Shown: piece after piece, positions 24,364 to 35,422 of the stretch
Layout of the letters: every line of letters starts with the position of its first letter
How positions within the stretch are numbered: position 1 is the stretch's first letter
NCBI GenBank assembly: GCA_030390025.1
Contig: CM059430.1
Location: 75,392,001 to 75,456,000, forward strand
Direction of reading: 5' to 3'
Length of the DNA stretch: 64,000 bases
DNA from: Squalus acanthias
Lineage: Eukaryota
Notes under the pieces: generated by a model
What the model was told of the DNA's origin: nothing
What the model saw: the letters and a program-made list of their open reading frames with translations, nothing else
Databases searched by the model: none
Translations under genes and position numbers: made by a program

Positions 24364-24405
24364 TCACCTGAGGAAGGAGCAATCGATAGCTCCGAAAGCT
24401 TGTGA
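24364..24405 (+). ncRNA. Minimal type I hammerhead ribozyme motif in the Penelope pLTR
   Basis: tcac-CTGAGGA-a-ggagc(aatcgata)gctcc-GAAA-gctt-gtga contains the CUGANGA and GAAA boxes, stem II, a tcac/gtga stem I and a palindromic AAGCTT stem III. Confidence 0.78.
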
Positions 24406-25072
24406 TTTCAAATAAAACTGTTGGACTATAACCTGGTGTTGTGCGACCTCTCAATTTTATCCTTATTTTGAACATAGGAATGGAAGTGAATGATACCATA
24501 TACGATTCCCACTCTAGTCCGAAGAAAGGCTCGTATTCTAGAGACAGCTTACCTTTCAAGATTTATTGCTGATATAAGTGATTACAAACAAACAACGATG
24601 TCTATCATATATTCAAGGCCAATCATGCTCAGACGCCCCCCGCGCCCCGACTCCAAGATACGCTGCGTTCTACATTTATACTTTTGCCACAACAGACCCA
24701 CTTTTGGTTGTATGATCTAACCCGAGCACCATGTGCTCTCCCTTTGTCTGAAAACCGACTCAAATCTGATTTGCCCAGCTCTGCGATGTGTCACCTGGCT
24801 AGTCTCAACGTGAAACTATTCGGCATCTCTTTTTTCAGATTAAATGGTCTAATGCTTCATTTTCCATGATAACTCCACTCACCCCTCTTTCTTAACTATT
24901 TAAACTGATACACTTCTAAAGTCACGTGATACAAGTTTAATTTAAGATTCTGTTGACAAAGGCCTATTTTTGCGTGAATACAGTTCATTACTTTTTCACC
25001 AGCTGCATTTAATTCTGCTTTTATACTTTATCTTGGTCATGCTGTTTTTGTCACAGATACTTCTCTGACACA

Positions 25073-25375
25073 NNNNNNNNNNNNNNNNNNNNNNNNNNNN
25101 NNNNNNNNNNNNNNNNNNNNNNNNNNNNNNNNNNNNNNNNNNNNNNNNNNNNNNNNNNNNNNNNNNNNNNNNNNNNNNNNNNNNNNNNNNNNNNNNNNNN
25201 NNNNNNNNNNNNNNNNNNNNNNNNNNNNNNNNNNNNNNNNNNNNNNNNNNNNNNNNNNNNNNNNNNNNNNNNNNNNNNNNNNNNNNNNNNNNNNNNNNNN
25301 NNNNNNNNNNNNNNNNNNNNNNNNNNNNNNNNNNNNNNNNNNNNNNNNNNNNNNNNNNNNNNNNNNNNNNNNNNN
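25073..25375. other. Assembly gap (303 N)
   Basis: Run of N. Confidence 0.99.
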
Positions 25376-25899
25376 CATACCAATTAACCCGTGATGCTCT
25401 TTTCCCTATTACGGGTTGTTAATCTATTATGTGACGCAATATCCGACACACGTCTCAAGCAACGTTTAGAATAGGATTGAGTTGGACAGTCAAACGAAAA
25501 AACAGTGGAAAGTCCACGATGTCTACAACTGCTTCGTAATGCCATGTTTGCCCTTTATGCCAGCCTACTTATGTTCTCGAAGTCCTAGGCTGCTACATCC
25601 AAAAGGTTCTCCATGACTGAGATGGTTGGTGGCGAGGATTGGGTGGCTAAATCGGATCTGTTAGAACCCTTGAAACCTGAAATAACAAGCATCTGAGTGA
25701 ACCAAATCTTCCAGAGGGACCAGCTTCCGGCAGCCTTTCTGTTTCAGAGGGTGAAGGGCCCATGTCTGAAATTTTATCATGCACAGAGTTAGGATGGGAC
25801 ATTACGGAAGCACGTCCATTACCACTATTTGTAGTTGCGGCATGTGTGTCCCTTACATTCATCCGCTTTTGGCGGGAATAGACTCAGAGGCATTGGTCA

Positions 25900-26700
25900 G
25901 TACATTGCAGAGCGAATACACGCTTGCCGATTGTCTTCTTCCTTTCATCCTTCGTGAGAACTTAAAATAACGTTAAAAGATCAGTGGTAGGGGTCCTTGT
26001 TTTCCCCAGTATGAGTGTAGGCATCACATGACACTGTGAGGTGCAGGGGAATTAGGCATTTTAAGAAATTGTCTCTGAAGTATTCCTGCAGCAGGCTATG
26101 TGATTGGACAGAGTGTTTCTTTGTTTAGATGTTGCTTGAGTACTTGAACATGTTTTCGTTTGCATGCGTGAGTTATCCTAACACCCAGGTCATCAGAGGG
26201 AAACAATATGAGACAATGAGATGATTGAAAGTTCTATCTGTGGTACAATTAATCTCTTCCTGTAGTTGTTGGATGGCGAGGTTGCACAGACTTCGTCAGC
26301 AGCTGCCCTGTAAATTGTATGAACTATCCTCCTCTGGGGCGTCCTAATCTCAAGGCTCAGCAGTCGATCATTCTCGCTTGGACGGGAACTGCGTTACCTG
26401 TCAGAAAAAGCCCGACTAGAAAGAAATGAATCCGGATCGGAGTGGGTTTGAAGGGACGGATGGAAGTCCTGCCCTGAAGTAACGCCGACAAGAAGACTAG
26501 AATCCATCCTCTGATGACCGTCTTTACCGGGCCACAGCCTTTGGAAATCTGCGGCTTCACCGGATTCCTTCTCCGAACCCATCAGCAATGGATAATAAAG
26601 ACCGAGGAAGGAAATATTGACGGGTTAGGGGCCAAGTTATTTGCAGCAGACTCAGCTCAAAATATTTTCTTTCTCAAACTTTCCGAACTTCTGTAATTGG
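25900..26700 (-). mobile_element. Possible highly decayed Tx1/L1-type LINE 3' fragment
   Basis: Minus-strand remnant LFLTGNAVPVQARMIDC*ALRLGRPRGG loosely recalls the ALPVR...CPRGG region of fish Tx1 ORF2. Weak and recognised from memory. Confidence 0.25.
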
Positions 26701-27094
26701 CAATGCAACCCTCCCATCCCACCCGTCTTCCCGCACCCCTTCCTTTCTGTAACTTCTATATAATATAAATTGTATATGCCTAATCAGGGAGTTTCATCAA
26801 CGTGTTGTTACCGGTCACTTCTTTAATGTTATGTCATTGAGATAAACCACGTACAGGCCGACCAATGGGGCTTTGGTTTAACTGCAGATTGCAGATCCTG
26901 TTAAGATGAGGTGCTCACGCACATTAACTCACATTTACGTTCACAGCTCGCCTCTTAAAATACATTATCGGAAACAGTTTTAGGCACGCGATATGACATC
27001 TCGACAAATCACAAATCTTATCGGATTATCTACAAACTGATATTTCCAAACCATCCGAGCCGCGGTTCAGTGGCAGAACAATTTCCATTGAACA

Positions 27095-27140
27095 ATGTTT
27101 GTGTGTCACTACATATGGGCGCTTGGGGTTATTTACAACG
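27095..27140 (+). CDS. Gene 2 exon 1, leader MFVCHYIWALGVIYN
   Basis: ATG at 27095, phase-1 donor G|gtattt, 160-nt intron before the V exon (170 nt in gene 1). Confidence 0.65.
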
Positions 27141-27300
27141 GTATTTTCCGTTATAATCGAATATTTTTCTTTCTTGCTTGCTTTTTTAATTTTTTGTCGA
27201 GCTCTATATACACATATGTCTATCTATCTATTTAGCGAGCTATCTATTCGTGCCTATCTTTTATCTCTATTTTGTGATTAATGTTTATTTTTTTTTACAG

Positions 27301-27612
27301 TTGCTCCCGCTGCAGTTTCCCAAACCCCTGAAAGCACCAGTGTGATGGCAGGTGCAGACATTACGTTCCATTGCAAGACCAGCTCTGTCCAGAATAATTC
27401 AGATGTGAATGTCTATTGGTGGAGACTTGGCGACAATCACTTCATACAACCAGATTCTGACGGCAGGAAACGATTCTCTCCTTTGAAAAACGGAGAGGCT
27501 TCCTTCCAGATCCCGAGTGTCCGTTTCCCAGACTCCGGATCCTATTATTGTGGAGTGAGATACACAGGTAACCCGATGATAAAAGGAGCCGGATCGAAGC
27601 TTGATGTGCACG
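27301..27612 (+). CDS. Gene 2 exon 2, intact V-set domain with J-like G strand
   Basis: Acceptor tttttacag|. Reads VSQTPESTSVMAGADITFHC...VNVYWWR...RKRF...ASFQIPSVRFPDSGSYYC...IKGAGSKLDVH. Donor G|gtaagc. Confidence 0.93.
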
Positions 27613-27769
27613 GTAAGCGACCTTGGATAAAGTTGCGGTCGCTGCTATTGTATGACAGTGTATATAGTATCTTACTTTTTTGATTATTTAATGAATTGAC
27701 CAATACAGCTAGTTTATGGGAGATGATTAGGGAACATTATTTAAAATATGCCCCACAATAATATCACGA

Positions 27770-28720
27770 TATGTTAAGTATCTCTGGGCTCCAGGACAAT
27801 ATACAGAAGGATCTGAATCCAAAGAATGTGGCAGCAATAGGGACCTTGATTTATTGGCTGTCGATAAAGAAGAAATAAGTTTGTACAAGATATTGGCTGG
27901 GCCGCACCTTGAATCCTGTGTGAAAATCTAGCACAAAAGTGGCATGGGACTATGCAAACTTTCGTCTTCAAGTATATATCCACATTCCGTTTTGAAAGTT
28001 ACGACTGAATCTGCATCCACCAGCCTTTCAGGCAGTTCAATCCAAATCATAAAAACTCGCTGTGCAAAAAAGCATTCTACACATCTCGCAATTATCTTAA
28101 ATCTGTGCCCATCTGCCACTGGAAAGGATTTCTGTGTATTTACTATATCAAAGCCTCTCATCATTTTGCACACCTTAATACATCCCCCCTTAACTTTCCC
28201 TACTCTAAGCACAACAATTGCAGCTTATCTAGCATCTCCATGCAACTGAAGTCCCTCGTCCCTGGTATCATTCTAGTAAATCTCTTCTGCACCCTCTCCA
28301 AGTCTTGACATCCTTCCTAAAACGTTATGCCCAGAATGGACACAATACTCCAGATGAGTCCTAACCAGTGATGTATACACGTTTAACTGAACATCCTTGC
28401 TTTTGTACTCTATGTCTCTGTTTATAAAGTGTCGATAGTGGTCATGATGCGGAGATGCCGGTGTTGGACTGGGGTGGACAAAATTGAGAGGTCGCACAAC
28501 ACCAGGTTATAGTCCAACAGTTTTATTTGAAATCACAAGCTTTCGGAGCTATCGATTGCTCCTTCCTCAGGTGAAGTCTTCACCTGAGGAAGGAGCAATC
28601 GATAGCTCCGAAAGCTTGTGATTTCAAATAAAACTGTTGGACTATAACCTGGTGTTGTGCGACCTCTCAATTCTGTTTATAAAGCCATGGATACCATATG
28701 CTTGTTCTGCCACCTTCAAA
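27770..28720 (-). mobile_element. Old CR1 fragment(s) in the V-C1 intron, host of the mini-Penelope
   Basis: ORFs 27928-28212 (FFAQRVFMIW) and 28273-28497 (IEYKSKDVQLNVYTSLVRTHLEYCVH). Confidence 0.7.
28430..28672. mobile_element. Non-autonomous palindromic Penelope derivative with a hammerhead on each strand; 13-bp TSD
   Basis: 95-bp inverted arms at 28482-28576 and 28578-28672 with a 1-nt loop, matching the pLTR ends of 22118-24458. tctgtttataaag occurs at 28417-28429 and 28672-28684. Confidence 0.9.
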
Positions 28721-29796
28721 GATTCTGGTAGTCCAATTGTACAAATGATCTGTATGTAAAACCCTTTCGGTTTGAACTAAACTCAGTGAGTACCCGACTG
28801 AGCTGTAACTGTGTCAATACTGACACGAAATACTGCAAGGTGTGACAGACGAGTCCTCTGTCCGGGGAGAGTTTTGTACATAAATGGTTAAATATTTAGA
28901 GAACGGTGACGGAGCGAGTCCAATGTATGCACATTTGAATAAACTCCTGGTAAATTAACAATTTGGTCTAAGGGATACTTTGATCAGTTTCGCAAGCTAG
29001 ATTTGATACTAGTCGGGAATTATACTGCATGAGTGTCGAACCCAGTCTGTGGAATCTCACGCGCTTCTCCGTGAACTGGGGTCAGATCATAACTCTCAAT
29101 TTAAATTGTAACTTTAACAAGTACGAATGGCGGGGATGAGGTGGGGTTGCGGGGGTGGCGTTCTTGACGGTGATAAAATATTTTCAGTCTAATGTTAGGC
29201 TTGCTATGTGTTACTATGGAAGAGTCTGGATTTTCAGCCACTTCCCTCATACTTCTCCAAGGATGATCCCCTCAACCCTCAATTCCCGCCATTCCCTTTA
29301 AATTAAATATCCAGCAAGTTGGGCTTTTTCTCTTTATATTTTGGACACAATTATTTTTCCAGCAGTTACAAAGTATCCCGGGATCAATGTATCGCTTCTC
29401 TGGACGGCAATTATTTCCCTGTGTTCCACATTTACAAATCCTAACGCGAGTTGTTTGAAATAATTTTTGCCTATTGATTTAAACCTGCGTAATAACAAAA
29501 CTGAGCAAAAGGTTGCTGAGTTGAAATATAAATATTTTTTTTTGCCTGGACTAAGCGCAAAGCGGCGACGGCCTGAAAATCTAGTCGCCCTGAATTGCTT
29601 TCTCCTGTTCCTGCAACACGCTACTGCAACGTCCGCATATTAGCCTAGAAAATTATGGGAAGAATCTTATTTCGAATTCTTAAATAACCAAAATGCGAAC
29701 TGGAATCATCGTATCATATTCAGGAAAGCAGGACGCCAAACGGGACAAAAATACTTAAGTCTGGGCAATAAGTGTATTCTTGAACCTCTTCCACAG

Positions 29797-30104
29797 CTTC
29801 ACCAGAACCCGTGAGACTGGACCCCAAAGTGTCCGGAACCGACACATCTACTCTAACACTTGTGTGTGAAACGGCCGAGTTCTAACCGGAGGCTCTCACC
29901 TTCACTTGTTATAAAAATAACACCAACATTGTTACTGGGATCAACACCATTATTAGCAGAATTCGGAGGGAATGTATGAAGCTTCCAGCAGATTGGAAAC
30001 GACACAGCCAGCCCAGAGCGGGGCTGTATATACCTGTGTGGTGTCTCACCTCACACTGCAGAGTCCAGCCGTGGCTGTTTACTTTGATTCCAGTTCTAAC
30101 ACAG
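29797..30104 (+). pseudogene. Gene 2 exon 3, disrupted C1-set domain
   Basis: Acceptor ttccacag|. Reads SPEPVRL...LTLVCETAEF*PEALTFTCYKN...[shift]QNSEGMYEASSRL...YTCVVSHLTLQSP. Donor G|gtaaga. 308 nt, not a multiple of 3. Confidence 0.9.
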
Positions 30105-30914
30105 GTAAGATGTTGACATTTGTGCAATACTGGCAGCCACTGAGCACTTTAAATCGGCCTTATTTGTTTCAGATATACAATTAATTTTTCAGAATGGTCA
30201 TTCACAGATTGTTTCTATTTGCTGATTTGTGAAACGGATACAAGAGACAAACGTCTGCCATCCGAGAAATGGAGTTTAATCTACAAAAATTATAATGATC
30301 AATTGAATTATACTAATCTTCACCAGATTCAATTTCTCGCCATTTAACAGCGAGAGAAAGTTCGTAGAAAGTGTTTTTCTCATATATTTAAGTATTTTTC
30401 GTTATTGAGAAGCTGCCGATCCAGATCAGTTCCCTATGTCAGCTGACCAACTTTTCGTGAGATATCACCCGAGAATGAATGGTGCTTCTGTAATTTGCGC
30501 TATAATCTTTTTAACTACCAAGTTCATTATTGTCGTGTCAATGAAAATTCAAAAGTTTCATTTTAATCCAGTAATGCAAACAATTTATGTGCCGGATTCC
30601 GCTGAGAGGAAAATAAGAATGACCATAAATATTATATCTATCTCTCTATCTATCTTTCTATATCTCTCTCTCTCTCTATCCATCTATCTGTCTTTATGTA
30701 TATATATATATAGATGTAAACCAGTTTGCACAGTTAACAGTCTCAGTCCTCGGCTTTGCTGTGGAGACACTCAAAATGTAAATGGGAGAACTTACATATG
30801 TTCAACAGACTGTTTGCACAATACTGCCGATAATGAAGAGCTGGTCATTGATTATTACTATTATCAGTAATAGCAATATTATGATGATTATTTGTATTGT
30901 GATTATGATTTTAG

Positions 30915-31028
30915 GCAATGGACTCCCATCCCTTCCGCTACTAATTGCTGGATGTACAGGGGGTGCACTGATATTTCTAGCCATCATCACTTTCATTGGG
31001 AACAGTTACCAACTCAGTAACTGTAAAG
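30915..31028 (+). CDS. Gene 2 exon 4, transmembrane (uncharged)
   Basis: Acceptor ttttag|. Reads GNGLPSLPLLIAGCTGGALIFLAIITFIGNSYQLSNCK. Donor G|gtaagg. Confidence 0.87.
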
Positions 31029-31485
31029 GTAAGGAGCCACCTATGTATTTTCACTGTTAAAGATTTGTAATAAAAAAGGGATCAACATGACGCCGAGCAA
31101 AGGAAGGAACGTTATATCTGGTCCAGGAAGGGAATTATGTTGATATGTTATAAAGTAATAATTGATTCAACAGTCTGGAAAAAAAAGATTTGCCCAAGAT
31201 TCATTCAAATGAACTTAAAGTAACTGATAAATGAGTACCGATGTTTGCATTTTTCGGTGTTGTTTTGTTGTTTTGATTCATTGATTCCCTGTGTTATGAG
31301 CCGAAGGCATTTCAGGAACCTTACATCTAGATCGTTCAACCAAGGGGGCGGGGGGAGAGTTGCGATTACATTTTCAAAACGTTTCATAAACTATGATCCT
31401 TAAGGCGTTATAAGCTGAGACTAAGTCGGATTTCGATTGCTCAGGTCTTGCTGTCTGGTCAAACTTTGATGTTGTATTTCATTAG

Positions 31486-31529
31486 GTGCACGCGTAAACG
31501 AAGAGGGTCCTCGCCACTCAGAAGAACGG
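31486..31529 (+). CDS. Gene 2 exon 5, short cytoplasmic exon GARVNEEGPRHSEER
   Basis: ttcattag| ... |gtgggt, 44 nt, phase 1 to 0 as in gene 1. Confidence 0.72.
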
Positions 31530-31689
31530 GTGGGTTTTTCTACTTAATTTTCGAAAATGTTGAAAGCGTAAAATAGAGCAATGCTATACTAAGCATATAT
31601 AATAATGTTATATATACGGTTATTTTTACGTTTATATTGGTAAATGTTTATATGCACGAGTGGCCATCTTACGAAATAAACCAATCACC

Positions 31690-32490
31690 ATCAGTCCCAT
31701 TCCCTGCTTCAAACATCTCCAGTCAAGTACAGAATGGTGTGCATGCTGACCTAAGTACCCTCTACACTGCTCCGTCAAACACCTACAGGTCTAGTGCAGT
31801 TGGGTTACATCGAGAGTAAAGCTCCTTCTACACAGTCCCATCAAACATTCCAAGGGTAGTTGCAGCATGGTTTAGATATAGTAAAGCACCCTCTACACTC
31901 CCAGGACTGGCAAAGCAAGGGTTACATAAAGAGTAAAGCTCACTCTACACTGTCCCATCAAAAACACCCAGGGCAGGTACAGCACGGGATAGATACAGAG
32001 TAAAGTTTCCTCTACCCTAATCCAACAAACACAGAAAATCGCAGGGAGAGCACGGATTAGATACAAAGTAAAGCTCCGAAAACACTGTCCCATCAAAGAG
32101 TCAGTCCCAAGGGCGGTACAGCATGCTTTGGATATAGAGAAAAGCTCCCTCTACATTCTCCATTCAAACACTCACAGGGCAGGTACAGCACACGTAAGAA
32201 ACAAAGTAAAGCTCCCTCTACACTGTCCCATAAAACATTCCCAGGTCTAGTGAAGTTGGGTTACCTACAGAGTAAAGCTCCTTCTAAACTGCCCCATCAA
32301 ACACTTCAATTGAAGGTACGCCACGGGATAGATACAGAGTCAATCTCGCTAAACACTGACCATCAAACACTCCGAATGGAGTTACAAACTGGTTAGATAT
32401 ATAGCAGACCTTCCTTTGCCCTGGTCCATTTAACTTGCACTGTGACAGTGCAGTACGGTTAGATACAAAGTGATATTCCATTACACTGTT
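31690..32490. repeat. Degenerate ~65-bp tandem repeat (about 12 units)
   Basis: Consensus roughly agagtaaagctccctctacactgtcccatcaaacactcccagggcaggtacagcacgggttagatac. Confidence 0.88.
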
Positions 32491-32769
32491 ACAATGAATT
32501 GCCTGAAGCTCTTCCTTATGAAAAACACTGCAATTGGATCAAGCGATTTTCTCCCAACTCTCCCGCAAACTAATCACTGGCTTCTCTGAGTGAGACTGCT
32601 AATTCATCAATGTCGATTTTTAATTAATTGCACATTTGCTGCTGTAAAGCAGAACACGAAGCGTTAGATTGAAACGGGCCAAGTAATGGAGAATAATCTA
32701 TCAGTGTAGGCTACACTTAAATCTCAGATCCCAAAGCACGAAGTCAATGCGTCAGCTAGTCGTCTTGCT

Positions 32770-33402
32770 CTCATAAGAATATAAGAAATAGGATAAGGCA
32801 TAGGCCATGAGGCCTCTGGAGCCTGCTCCACCAGTCAATATTTCAAGGCTAATCTTCGACATCAACTCCACTTTGCCGACCTATCCCATATCCGTTGATT
32901 CCCATAAAGTCCAAAAACATATCGACTGAGCATCTACAGGTCTCTGGAGTAGAGAACTCCAAAGATTCAAAACTTTCTGATTGAGGAAATTCCTCCTCAT
33001 CTCAGTCTGCAATGGCTGACCCCTTATCATGAGACTGTGACCCCAGGTTCTAGACTCTCTAGTTCGTGGAAACAACCTTTCAGCATGTACCTTGTTAAGT
33101 CCTCTAACACCGTTATACTTTTCAATGAGATCACCTCTCATTCTTCTAAATTAAATACAAAAGAGAACCATTCTCCAAGGAATCAATCTAGTGAACCTCG
33201 GTTGCAACTGCTCTAAGGCAAGTCTATCCTACCTTAGGTAAGGAGACCAAAACTGCACACAGTACCCCAGGTGTGATCTGACTAAAGCCCTGAATAATTG
33301 CAGCAAGATTCCGTTCCCTTATTCTCCAACTCCCTTGCAATAAAGGCTAACATACCGTTTGCCTTCCTAATTGTTTGCTGTACCTGCATGTTAACTTTCT
33401 GT
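32770..33402 (-). mobile_element. CR1 3' fragment
   Basis: ORFs 32881-33141 (MRGDLIEKY) and 33282-33554 (KVNMQVQQTIRKANGMLAFIAR). Tail cataagaatataagaaatagg. Confidence 0.85.
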
Positions 33403-33805
33403 ATCGATGGAATAATACCGATAAAACACTTCTTTGTATGGTATTGAAACGGTGTCTGAAGCAAACATTCGGAGCACAGTTCAGTTGGTGACTGAATGTT
33501 GAAGAAAATTATGCTGCTTTTCAGATCTGTTTCATGCATCACTCTGCTGACCAATCAAGGTAAGAAGCTAACCGTAAAACGCTTCGATTTTACAGACCAT
33601 TGGAGGGACGTTTGAAAATAGACTGCTATAATTGGTCGAGGTTGCAGCCAAAGACGGAAACCTGAAGAGAACAAAAAGCATAACAAAATGTCGAGGCAAA
33701 AGAATAAGGAAAGAACTTAGGCTGATCTAACAGAACAAGGAGCTAAATTATGATAATATTGGCTGTAACATTTAACTGGACCCTGCTTGTCATATCTAGC
33801 TCTGT

Positions 33806-33840
<35 letters not shown>

Positions 33841-34179
33841 CCCAACCCGACTGCTCTATCAATCTCAAATTAAAACAGAAAATGTTAGAAAACCAAAATA
33901 GGATCAGACGTCAATGCTCCTATGAGGCGTTCCATCCGAGACTTCAAACTAGCTTTCTTTTTCAGATGCTCATCTTTCTACCGTTCATTTTTCGTTAGTT
34001 GTAATATTTCCAGTGTGTTTATATTAACATTAAGACGTCCTTCTATGACTTCCTGTTTATTAAGACAACTATTAAAGTGTAAACTGCAGTGAAAGCAAGC
34101 GGTAGAGTCTTTTTTAAGAGATCTCCTATTTAAGCGGAACGCAAGCGCTGAAAACCGACATTTCCGACCTGTCAAAAAT

Positions 34180-35422
34180 CCTCTTGACAGATCCGACGCC
34201 TGCCATGGAGAAGGGCCTCTGCAGGGGTGAGTTCCCCTTTCTGCACAACCTCCGCCCGCTGAAATCAATTAAAAATCTTACGCCAGTTAAAAGCAGGCGT
34301 AACGCCTGTTTTTACGAGCATAAGTGTTTAAAAAAAGTAAAAAGAATAACTTTTTTAACTTATTTATAACTTTAAAATACTTTCAAAAAAGGTAAATGTA
34401 TTTTAATCGCGTAATAAACTTTAATCATTTTTTTCAAAAAGTTGAATTTTTGTTTAAAATATTATCTTAACCCATTTAAAAACGTGATGTTTTTAAAAAA
34501 TTGATTTAATGTTTTGATGTTTTTTTCAGTATTCCCCATTTATGCTTTTGATAGGTCTATCTGTAAAATGTATGAAGGGTGATTTCCTTCTCGCATTGGC
34601 TCGCCTGGCCCACGTGATCCCAGGGATGCTTGCGAACCGCATGCGCCCCTGGGATACCTGGGCCCTGCGCATTTCGTCGTGGAGAGTCACAGGTTCGGAA
34701 ATGGACGGACCTCGGGAGTCCTCAGGTAAGGGCTTAATTTTTTTTCTCAGTAGGAGGCATCCGCAAGCAGGAAGCAACCTATCGCAAATTGTGGGGCAAT
34801 TGGGAAGTATTTTCCGATCGGAGGCGTCCCGCGTGCGTAGGCCTCCGATCTGGAAAAACATCGATGGACTTAACTGAGGTCTTTCCAGATCCGGACACTT
34901 CCGCTCCTGTGCCTCTCCAACTTGAAATGTGCAGGGCCCAGATGTCCCAGAGGCGCATGCGGTTCGCAAGCGTACCTTGGATCACGTGGGCCATGGGGCG
35001 TCAACCAAATAAGGGAATCTCCCTTCATACACTTGACAGGCAGAACTCTCAAATATATGAATGGAGATCACCCCCAAAACACTGTAAAACATTGAATAAA
35101 TAAAAAACAACCATCACATTTTTAAAATTAGTTCAAATTACAATAAATTTAATATTTTTAACAAAAATGCAATTTTTTGAAAAAAATAATTAAAGTTTTG
35201 TACGGTGCTAAAAATAAACTTACCTTTTTTAAATTATTTTTAAATATAAATGAGGGGAACATTTTTTTTTTACTTTTTCCATATCTTATGCTGGTAAAAG
35301 CAGGCCAGCTTTTACCAGGAGTAAGATTTCTAAGAGTTTTCTGTGGGCAGAGGTTCTGCAGAAAGCGGAACTATCTGCCAGCATAGGCCCTTCTGTAGGG
35401 CAGGCGTCCGATCTGTCAAGAG
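34180..35422. mobile_element. Long fold-back MITE-like element (imperfect palindrome)
   Basis: ctcttgacagatccgacgcctgcc (34181) is inverted at ~35400-35422. Inner arms 34598-34677 and 34925-34993 are also reverse complements. Confidence 0.75.

Larger units (their letters stand above)
22118..24458 (-). mobile_element. Young Penelope-like retroelement with inverted terminal repeats (22150-22640 / 23968-24458) and 13-bp TSD
   Basis: Near-identical ~490-bp inverted arms flank an RT-GIY-YIG ORF. Direct repeat atccttattttga at 22105-22117 and 24459-24471. A ~32-bp tail occurs on one arm only. Confidence 0.93.
27095..31529 (+). pseudogene. IgSF receptor gene 2: leader-V(J)-C1-TM-cyt, paralog of gene 1; C1 exon has stop and frameshift
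   Basis: Exons 27095-27140, 27301-27612, 29797-30104, 30915-31028 and 31486-31529 have the same phases as gene 1. TAA at 29883-29885 and a frameshift near 29950-29960. Confidence 0.87.

Noticed and set aside
25037-25383. ORFs of poly-X
   Set aside because: Artefacts of the N gap.
31690-32490. CRISPR array
   Set aside because: Vertebrate context, contiguous degenerate units without unique spacers, and no cas genes.
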